DNA of 38,312 nt from Octopus bimaculoides (Eukaryota). Every line of letters begins with the position of its first letter. The first letter of the stretch is position 1. The position numbers and the translations under genes are program-made. The notes under the pieces were generated by a model. It did not search any database. It worked only from the letters and a program-made list of their open reading frames with translations, and had not been told where the DNA came from. Below are positions 25,984-35,933 of the stretch, in pieces. The DNA is taken from NCBI RefSeq assembly GCF_001194135.2, contig NC_068981.1, forward strand, positions 68,502,661-68,540,972. Direction: 5' to 3'.

Positions 25984-26780
25984 TTTCTACTCAAGGCACA
26001 AGGTTCGAAATTTATGGGGAGGGAATCAAACGATTAGATCGACCCCACTAGGCAAAGGATGAAAGGCAAAGTCGACCTCGGCGGAATTTGAGCACGGAAC
26101 GTAAATCAGACCAAATACCGCTATGCATTTCGTCCGGCGTGCTAACGTTTCTTATTTCTTTACTGCCCAGAAGAGGTTAAGCATAGAGGGGACAAACAAG
26201 GACAGGCAAATGGATTAAGTCGATTATATCGACCCAGTGCCTACCTGGTACTTATTTAATCGACCTCGAAAGGATGAAAGGCAAAGTCTACCTCGCTGGA
26301 ATGTGAACTCAGAACGTAGCGGCAGACGAAATACCACTAAACATTTCGCCCGGCGTGCTAACCTTTCGTATCTCTTTATTGCCCAAAAGGGGCTAAACAT
26401 AGAGGGGACAAAAAAAGACAGACAAAGGGATTAAGTCGATTACATCGACTCCAGTGCGTAACTGGTACATAATTTATCGACCCTGAAAGGATGAAACGCA
26501 AAATCGACCTCGGAGAAATTTGAACTCAGAACGTAAAGACAGACGAAATACCGTTAAGCATTTCGCTCTACACAAAGACGGGACAAACAAGAACAGACAA
26601 ACAAACGGATTAAGTCGATTATATCGACCTCAGTACATAACTGGTACTTATTTAATCGACCCCGAAAGCAAGAAAGGCAAAGTCGATCTCGCGGTATTTG
26701 AACACAGAACGTAACGGCAGACGAAATGCTGCTAAGCATTTCGCCCGGCGTGCTAACGTTTCCGCCAGCTCGCCGCCTTA
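25984..26780 (-). mobile_element. Head-to-tail array of four tRNA-derived SINE copies (25984-26151, 26152-26367, 26368-26567, 26568-26780)
   Basis: Each copy has AAATGC/TTAG..TTTCGTC..ACGTTC..AAATTC..GAGGTCGAC..TTTCATCCTTT..GTCGAT. Only the outermost copy keeps the head GGCGGCGAGCTGGCGG. Confidence 0.9.
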
Positions 26781-27693
26781 GAGAGAAGGAAATTATTGTT
26801 TCCTGGCATGTACTATACATTAACTTCGAATGTTACTTATCATTTTAATTTCTATGGAATTGTCACTGTGGGATAGAATGCTAAAAGATTTGATATAACC
26901 ATCAAGGTCGATGCAATTTCAATAAACTTATATCTTGAGTGTTGAACCGATTTTTCGATTAACAAATTATAAGTTTTGGATTTTGGTAAATATGCTTCTA
27001 ATAGTTGGGATTTATATTTAATAAAATATTCATATATTTATATTTGATTTATTTTAGGAAAATAAATCAGTATTAAATAACACAATATATTTCCTTTAAA
27101 TAAAGCTACTATTGTTTAAGAACGTAAACAAATGAATATAAATACGTTATCTTTAATGCTAAACCTATTAAATGAGTATATGCCATAGTAAATGAAGTCA
27201 CAATGATTCATAAGTATTGTTTAACATTGACTTTTTAACAAATTAATAAATTCGATTAAGCAAAATAATTAATTTACTCATGTGAATATATATTTACATA
27301 AATCATATATTTTTGCGTATTGAGTCTTTTGAGATTTCTTTTAATACGTATATTTATAACGAAGTTGTTTAATATTTTTTTAAGTTATATAATTCAGGCT
27401 ATTTAAATCATTTTACGTTAAAGTCGTAAATGAAATATTGATATCGGTATGCCCATATATATCATATTTACAAATATATACACATACGCACACACGCATA
27501 AGTATACCGTTATGTTTGTGTATATATATATATATATTAATATATATATATGTGCGTGCACCCACACACACGCATGCACACGCACGCACACACCCACGAG
27601 CGCGCATACACACATACATAGTTATGTTTTATTGTACAATGAACGTAGCAGCGTACAGTATAAAGTTCGTACACCTTCAGATTTCACCCCGTT

Positions 27694-27741
27694 CTATTCA
27701 GTGGTAGTATCATACACATTTTCAGATTTGCGTTTGGGTCT
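27694..27741 (-). CDS. Candidate terminal coding exon of paralogous gene B (RPKRKSENVYDTTTE* if phase 0)
   Basis: Acceptor ttattcaattttccgtgcacacactacag. Paralog of 5144-5200. AATAAA on the minus strand ~60 nt after the stop (~27628-27633). Confidence 0.45.
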   Translation of the reverse strand, partial: RPKRKSENVYDTTTE

Positions 27742-28117
27742 CTGTAGTGTGTGCACGGAAAATTGAATAAGTTAGAGGCAACAAAAAGGAGTACGGTTTG
27801 ATATTTATTTGTTATCACTACAATTGTTTCGACGCAACGTATTTCTGCAGTCTCTACTACTACGACCACAACACGTCACTTTTAGGTCATTTGACCATTA
27901 CAGAGGATTCCACGAGCAATTTACTGTGATAGCACTCCTGATCTTTTGTTTCTTTTCTTTTCTTCCTCTTTCTTCCTCTTCTTTCCCTACTCCTACTTCT
28001 CTACCTCCGTCATCTTCTCCTTCTACTCCCTCTCTCTTGCTTAGACCATGAATTCTCTGTAGCTAAACTATTCCTTTAGATTTACTACTACCCACATACG
28101 TGGCGATCACAAAGTAC

Positions 28118-28179
<62 letters not shown>

Positions 28180-29437
28180 NNNNNNNNNNNNNNNNNNNNN
28201 NNNNNNNNNNNNNNNNNNNNNNNNNNNNNNNNNNNNNNNNNNNNNNNNNNNNNNNNNNNNNNNNNNNNNNNNNNNNNNNNNNNNNNNNNNNNNNNNNNNN
28301 NNNNNNNNNNNNNNNNNNNNNNNNNNNNNNNNNNNNNNNNNNNNNNNNNNNNNNNNNNNNNNNNNNNNNNNNNNNNNNNNNNNNNNNNNNNNNNNNNNNN
28401 NNNNNNNNNNNNNNNNNNNNNNNNNNNNNNNNNNNNNNNNNNNNNNNNNNNNNNNNNNNNNNNNNNNNNNNNNNNNNNNNNNNNNNNNNNNNNNNNNNNN
28501 NNNNNNNNNNNNNNNNNNNNNNNNNNNNNNNNNNNNNNNNNNNNNNNNNNNNNNNNNNNNNNNNNNNNNNNNNNNNNNNNNNNNNNNNNNNNNNNNNNNN
28601 NNNNNNNNNNTATACATACATATATACTGGCAACTTCTTTCTTCTATAGGCAAGTAAAATGGTAGTAACTTGTCGATAACTTGATAGATTTATTCAATTG
28701 TAATATCCTGTGTGCAGTAAGCAATTCTATTAAAAGTCGAATACATTTTGAATACTAAATATCAATTATATTTCAGATATATTTGACTGCTTCTCATATC
28801 ATAATTCAAACACTATATTTCTCAACAACTTTCATATTTCTATCGCAACAGAAATATCATTTAATTGTATGGAGCAAAAAATAAACATGAAGGAATAAGA
28901 AACTGTTTCAATGAATAATCATAAATTTTATACATTATACAATTTCAAGACCTAAAATATTTTACAAAATTGCGGTGTGTTTAAGTATTTAGCAAAAACA
29001 AAAAAAAATGCCATCGCTGTTTTAAAATTTACATTCCATTAATTAACTCTTCTGTCATATATTTTTAACTTGTCATATTTCACATTCGATAAGGTAAATG
29101 GTGTGTCTTACAATGCTACATGTTCTATATGTACAATTCTATCTTTGTTTTTTTTTTTGTATTTTGTTGCATGCCATTGTAGGACATAGCAAGGGATGTA
29201 CACTCATACCAGAGTTGTATGTTGAAATAGAACAAATGATGAAAGACAACTAGCCTCACTACGTAAGAAGCTGCGATTTGAGTTTCGCGTAGCAAATAAG
29301 ATGCAATGCTCCATTGATAAATAAATCCACCTCGTTACTTTCACAGAATATATCGGGAGCAAGAGATTTCGTTTAAGAGATGTAATGTAGATCTGGAGTG
29401 AATCTGGCCGAATTGCTGACCATTCACAATAGACAAC

Positions 29438-29487
<50 letters not shown>

Positions 29488-30226
29488 NNNNNNNNNNGAG
29501 AGATGGGGTAAGTAGAAAGGGACAGATAAGAAAGATTTAGAGAGATGTGCTGAAGACGGTCAGGCGTCCATATGATCGGTAATGTATTTAAACTGCAAAT
29601 GACATTTAGCTAATAAAGAGGTAAGATGTTTCTAGGGTAAGCCACTTACAGTAGATACATCGAAATGACAGAGTATATCCCATAGAGAGTAAGAACGTAA
29701 GTAACTAGAAGGTATATTTAATGTGTGATTGTGTATATGTGTCTGTTGCCATATATGTATGTGCACGCACGCGTACACAGGAAGAGATTCTTTCCCAATA
29801 ATTCGCATGAGACAAAATCATATGTCGAAACTGTTGTCTTTTCATTGTGAACATTCAGTCAACCAGAGCGCAAAGAGTTTCAAACTAAGTTTTCATTTAA
29901 TTCTTGATGTTAGAAAATTTACGACCTTTAATTGCTGTTTGATATTTTGACAGTATGCCATTAGTCATGTTTAGTTTTCATTTCTTTTTGTATACAAAGC
30001 TCTATGTGTCGTTACAAACATTATTTTACATAGATTGTTGCCTTTGAAAGTATGGCGATATCGTTCGCTGCGTATATCTAAACTTGCATATTTGTTTTGC
30101 GCGTGTAAATGAACTAGATTTTGTGATTTGTGGTACAATGTGAAAAGGACTGCTATCCCCCCTCTCTCTCTCATCTTAACGTACGTCATCAACAACAAGA
30201 ACAACAGCAACAAAATAATAGTAATA

Positions 30227-30415
30227 TGCTCTCATAGCGTTTGATCTTAACTAACTTGAAGTGTTGTCATGTGCATTGTTTTGTCTTGGTATAAAAGATG
30301 GGATACAACAAATATGCTGCTCAATGCCATAGCTTTCTTTGTAAGTTGATTGATATTAACCAGTTGAGCTTGTCCCTTAGTGGTTAGTGGCTGATGAGAT
30401 GTGCATCTCTCACGA
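30227..30415 (+). mobile_element. 5' fragment of the ~550-bp AAT-associated repeat family, abutting the R4/Dong ORF remnant
   Basis: CTCTCAT..TGATCTTAAC..TTGTTTTGTCTTGGTATAAAAGATGGG..CCAGTTGAGCTTGTCCCTTAG..ATGTGCATCTCT matches the reverse complement of ~33340-33510. Confidence 0.8.
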
Positions 30416-30429
30416 AAGTTGCTGACTAG

Positions 30430-31490
30430 ATATGGGATACTCCACCCAAAAAGTGACACCGACACAGACTGTATGTAGCAAGAAAATGAGGTGGAAGAGG
30501 AATGAGTGTATGCGAACACTGCGTTGGTGCAGAAGTAAACAACATATCATGGTGTGTAAAAAATGTATGACAGAACCACAATTTTGGGAAGTAAGATTTT
30601 CAGGCTTGTATACGATGAAAGGCAGCAAAGATAATGCACTGTACAAGCACTTGAAAATGAAAGAAACTGAAAATAGGTCGATAAAGAAAAGAACGCATGG
30701 GCAATTTCATATGGATGTTGAAGACAAGACAGACAGAGACAAAATATGACTAAGGATGACTAAAATGATTTAAATCTGGAAACGGAGGTTCTAATCTGTG
30801 CTACCCAAGTACAAGCACTAAGAACGTTTTACATCAAAAAGTGATAAGTACAGAATGTGAAAAAAAATGGTAAAACTTTATGGCATATATCCAATCAATG
30901 TACGCTACTACCCCAGAAAGAATATAAGAGACCTCATGACAGTATAGCAAGGATTGTCCATTGAACACTTTCCTGCATGTATGGATGTGACAGAGCAAAA
31001 AATTAGTACGAACATAAACCTGAAGACATCATCGAAAATGATAATGCAAAGATACTATGGGATTTTATGAGTCGGTGTGACCATGAGATAGAGAATAGGA
31101 AGCCAGACATAGGACAGCAGAAGGAAAGCAAACGATACGGGATCATAGATAGCGTGCCCAGCTGACATGTTATGTGATAAGGAAGAAAGAAAAGTCGATA
31201 GATATGACAGGTAGCGTGGAATGTTAAGCAGCTGTGGTCGATGAAAATGGTGGTTGTAATACCAGAAAGTGCCGGAGCCCTGGGAACAGTGAATAAACAT
31301 TTTGAGAAATACATGGAAGAAATATGGGCTGCAATAAGTGTGGAAATCTTTCAGAAAACAGCACTGCTTGGAACCGCCCGAATACTCCGGGTGGTGCTCG
31401 AAAAATAATGGGTGTTACCTCAGTTCACTGCTAGTGAACAGTTGGCACCGTAGTGCATCTCCAGCGGTAGAAACTGTACAAAGACAACAA
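30430..31490 (+). mobile_element. Degenerate R4/Dong-clade (RLE) non-LTR retrotransposon, 3' part
   Basis: Motifs across frameshifts: LHPKSDTD-RLYVARK*GGRG, HGQF, ETEVLICATQVQAL, CCHC-like RMC..WHISNQC, KRPHDSIARIVH, ENDNAKILWDF, NRKPDI, KEERKVDRYD, GALG, QKTALLGTARILRVVLEK* (stop 31406-31408). Followed by (AAC)n/(AAT)n. Confidence 0.9.
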
Positions 31491-31633
31491 ATAACAACAA
31501 TAACGACGACGACGATGACGACAACAACAACAACAACAACACCAATAAACAACAGCAACAATAAACAACAACAACAATAAACAACAACAACAAAAACAAC
31601 AACAATAATAATAATAATAATGATAATAATAAT

Positions 31634-31680
<47 letters not shown>

Positions 31681-31694
31681 TAACAATGATAATA

Positions 31695-31865
31695 GGTGAG
31701 CTGGCAGAATCGTTAGCGCTGGCGGCATTCGTCTCTCTTTAACTTCTGAGTTATCCTTTCGGGAGTCGATAAATTAATCACCAGTTTAGTACTGGGATCC
31801 ATGTAATAGACTTAACCCCTCCCCCAAAATTTCAGACCCTGTGCCTATGGTACAAAGGATTGTTA
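31695..31865 (+). mobile_element. tRNA-derived SINE, internally deleted
   Basis: GGTGAGCTGGCAGAATCGTTAGC..CTTTCGGGAGTCGATAAATT..CTGGG..GTAATAGACTTAACC..AAATTTCAG..TGTGCC. Confidence 0.8.
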
Positions 31866-32058
31866 TTATTTTTGGTTTGACTCAGGTTCGATCTTATTCC
31901 TGGTAGGGTTTATACGGGTAGCATGTTACTATTTCTATCATTTGGCATGCACAAGTTTTCAGTAGTCTTTCAAGTGCTTAGAAGTCTCCTGATAATCCTT
32001 GCTGAGCTCTACAGGAAATTCTATTCCAAAATTTGTTGTTGCTGTTGCTTTTGTTATA

Positions 32059-32091
<33 letters not shown>

Positions 32092-32395
32092 TAGTTTTAT
32101 TTTTATAACGTGCTTTCACTTCACTACCGAGCGCAGCTCTGTGCGCCTTGGGTATGTGCTGTGGTTTGCTGTGGTGCTCTTATGTTTACTGTATTGAAAG
32201 TGTTTTGCGTAGAATGTGTGCAGTACCCAGTAGTGCAATTTTCTGTATGTTATATATATTTGTAAGTCCTGGTGTTTTTGTTATGTATTTGTCTGAATAT
32301 TTTTTTATTATACCTAAGGCACCTACTATGATAGGAATTGTTTCTGTTTTTAGATTCCACATTCGAGTTATCTCTATTTCCAGGTCTTTGTATTT
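32059..32395 (-). mobile_element. R4/Dong-clade element 3' end, uninterrupted here, with (AAT)n tail; runs into a gap
   Basis: Open frame KYKDLEIEITRMWNLKTETIPIIVGALGIIKKYSDKYITKTPGLTNIYNIQKIALLGTAHILRKTLSIQ* (stop 32186-32188), a ~100-nt 3' UTR and an (AAT)n tail. Confidence 0.9.
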
Positions 32396-32666
32396 NNNNN
32401 NNNNNNNNNNNNNNNNNNNNNNNNNNNNNNNNNNNNNNNNNNNNNNNNNNNNNNNNNNNNNNNNNNNNNNNNNNNNNNNNNNNNNNNNNNNNNNNNNNNN
32501 NNNNNNNNNNNNNNNNNNNNNNNNNNNNNNNNNNNNNNNNNNNNNNNNNNNNNNNNNNNNNNNNNNNNNNNNNNNNNNNNNNNNNNNNNNNNNNNNNNNN
32601 NNNNNNNNNNNNNNNNNNNTCTTCTTCTTCTTTTTCTTCTTCTTCTTCTTCTTCTTATTATTATTA

Positions 32667-32713
<47 letters not shown>

Positions 32714-32754
32714 ATTATTATTATTATTAATATTATTAATATCATTGTTATTAT

Positions 32755-32953
32755 TCAGAAAGACTCTCGCATAACTTTTAATTACCGGCTATTCTTTATT
32801 TGAAAGCTGGCAATAACATATCACGAAAATGTTGCAAGTAGTCCCTTTTCCTGTGACTCATAGTGATAATACGTTCCTTAGAATGCGACCTGTACCCAAC
32901 AGAGCTGTCTTCTGGATGACTTCTAGACTGACAGCAGCTCCAATATTCTTCAT
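32755..32953 (-). mobile_element. 5'-truncated R4/Dong-clade 3' fragment
   Basis: MKNIGAAVSLEVIQKTALLGTGRILRNVLSL* (stop 32858-32860), flanked by (AAT)n on both sides. Confidence 0.8.
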
Positions 32954-32983
32954 ATTATTATTATTATTGTTATTATTATTATT

Positions 32984-33537
32984 GAGTGAAAGAGCAGTGC
33001 ATGCAATCAAAGTGACACTGGGGTAAAATGTACGAAGCCCATTATACCCATCATTACTGCCCGTCTAATAAGAGTACACCAGGCACATGCATCACTGCTA
33101 TATGTGGTGACATGATGATCTCATATCAAGATAAACAGCGCATAACCTCGCAGGTGGGGCACAGTTAGAATGTTTTCAGGTCAGGTAGCCCATCCCGCTG
33201 AAAAGGACCTGAATAAGGTTTGTTTAAGGATGTTGAGCAAAACATCCATGTTTCGAAAGGTGAATCATTCAAACCCCAAAACTACCTCTCAACACATGGC
33301 TATGATGCTCCCCCAATACTTCTGCTCGTGATCAGAGATGCACATACGTCAGCCACCAAGGGACATGCTCAACTGGTTAAGGTCAAACAACTGACAAGCA
33401 AATCAGTGGTATTAAGCAGAATGTTTGCTTTAGCCCATCTTTTTATACCAAGACAAAACAACGTACATGATAACACTTCCAATCAATTAAGATCAGAAGC
33501 CATGAGAGCCACTGTCTGGCACTGAGTCCTGGCATCT
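32984..33537 (-). mobile_element. ~550-bp non-coding AAT-bounded repeat (3' UTR of a Dong-like LINE, or a non-autonomous derivative)
   Basis: Longest of three copies in the window. Preceded by (AAT)n and ends in CACTC(AAT)n. Confidence 0.75.
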
Positions 33538-33569
33538 ATTATTATTATTATTACTATTATTATTATTAC

Positions 33570-33656
<87 letters not shown>

Positions 33657-33715
33657 CATCATCATTATTATTATTATTGCTGTTATTGTTATTATTACTG
33701 TTATTATCATCATCA
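33538..33715. repeat. Long (ATT)n microsatellite
   Basis: Direct inspection. Confidence 0.95.
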
Positions 33716-35889
33716 AAAGATTTATGCAATGTTATATGGATAAATTTTCAAATATATTCGTTGGGTTTTATTTGAGGTGGGCGTGTATGTTTCTTTGTGT
33801 GGCTATTTCAAGTTGTGCTCTCTAAAAAAAATCTATATTTCAACTAATTACAACGAATAATATATTAGTTAGGAGCCATCATTGTAGAAATAAATTTACG
33901 AAAGTGAATTGTCAAAAGCAAAATGTGTTTCGCTGCAAATTTACAAAGAGCTTTCCATTAATACCAGGAAACGAATGTAACACAAGAATGTAAGTAAATA
34001 GAGTTTTAGTTGTATCTTTTAATCATTAATGCAAAGTAATAGAGTAAAAGTGCCTTTTTTCTATTCAATACTTTTAAATGCTTAATGATAGAAGCGAAGT
34101 ATAGGTAATTATATTACTGTGGAAATTATTGTATTGCTGGAGTATTGCGAGCGGTCTAATTCACGTAATGTGTGATGTTGCATTTCACTGGATAATTGAC
34201 AATGCGCTTATGTTCTTGACTATTATTCCTTCAACTGTTGTGCTGTCCATAAATTTATAACAATAAAAATTACAAACTGAGAAGTTTATATAGCAAAGCT
34301 GTAATGAGGAACGTGAGTTTTATATATATATATATATATATATGCTCGCGAAAATGTAATGGTCTTTTGCGTTTCCATCCTACGCTCTTCAACAGAAAGG
34401 AATAAACACAGAGAGAGAAGGAAACATCCTTGTAGATTTCAACGGTGCAGCATAACAAATAAAAGTTTATATATACACAGTTCGCTTTTACGTTAAAGTA
34501 TCATCATGAACATGAATCCTCCTTCTGGTAGGAGATAAATATAGTTTAATGTACACAGTATATGGATATGAGCCACGTATAGTTTCATGCATTAGAAATA
34601 ATTTCTTGGCTGGTTTTAATAATACAAATCGGGACAATCAGACAAGAAAAATTACAAGAATAAAAGCGCGGTCTGCAGAAGCAAAATGGAAAAGGGCAAA
34701 AGAAACGAAAAAGAAAAAAAATACAAACAGGGAATAAATAATGCTATATCGGATATGAGTGAGTCCTTCAATTCGCCAGAAGAAAAATGTCCATATGTAA
34801 GAATTTGTTGCCAATTACATATCTGGAATTCAACAATGCGTAAGGTTCATAGATGTGAAAAGGATACGTGATCTTTGTGCTACGTATAACTTGCATATAT
34901 TGGACATTAACATAAGAAACGACATTCTGTACATAGAAAAATATATGCTTATGTTAATCGATTTAACGTTATCTGTCTTTACTTCTGCACTTAGTGCAGA
35001 GGTAAATGGATACCCACCAACAATTTGGTTTACTTCTTTATGACTCGTTGCCAATTCTCAACTGTTTTATTTCGGTATCGCCATTGTTAGAAGTGTTAGA
35101 AGTGTTTCAAATTATGAAAGAGTTTAAATTAGTTTGCACGGGTATAATGGGATTAAGTGCAAATAATAACCTGTTGATTCTTATATATAACATTTGTCAT
35201 ACATATTTCAGAAATTTCCAGATCGCAAGTATATTAGTACATCGCATGCACCTAAAAACTCCAGGGGCAAAGCCAACAAAGAAACGTACACGTTTGAATT
35301 ATATTTTATAATTTCCCGAAGAAATGATGCTCACATTTAACAAATTTAAAATACCAACTCATTCTACCACATGAGCATAGAGCGTGATATTTCAGGCTTT
35401 GAAATAAAGCAAACTGGCGTATCTTTTCTTGCAGTCACTGGGTATATATTTTGAGCAAATCAAACTAAGAATCGAATTAGATTATGCTAAACACAGCAGT
35501 AACAAAATCGTGATTTCTATTTGATTTAATACGCTATACAATTGTAGACGTTTCTCATTCTCTGTCTTTCTCTCTCACGATCACACACACACACACATAC
35601 ACACACTCTCTCCCGTATGTATATATGTATGTATGTATGAGTGTGTGTGTATGTATACATATATATACAAATATGTATATATGTTTATATCTATGTGCGC
35701 CTATGTCTCTCTACTTAACCTTATATATATATATATACATATATATNNNNNNNNNNNNNNNNNNNNNNNNNNNNNNNNNNNNNNNNNNNNNNNNNNNNNN
35801 NNNNNNNNNNNNNNNNNNNNNNNNNNNNNNNNNNNNNNNNNNNNNNNNNNNNNNNNNNNNNNNNNNNNNNNNNNNNNNNNNNNNNNNNN

Positions 35890-35933
<44 letters not shown>

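Noticed and set aside
30391-30420. CTGATGAG...CGAAA hammerhead-like spacing
   Set aside because: No stem II beyond one G-C pair and no adjacent stem I or III. It arises from a deletion in the 550-bp repeat copy.
34995-35070. ENWQR here resembles x-HWQR in the 22.6 kb exon, a possible gene B counterpart
   Set aside because: Match too short, acceptor purine-rich, and that frame hits a stop within a few codons.
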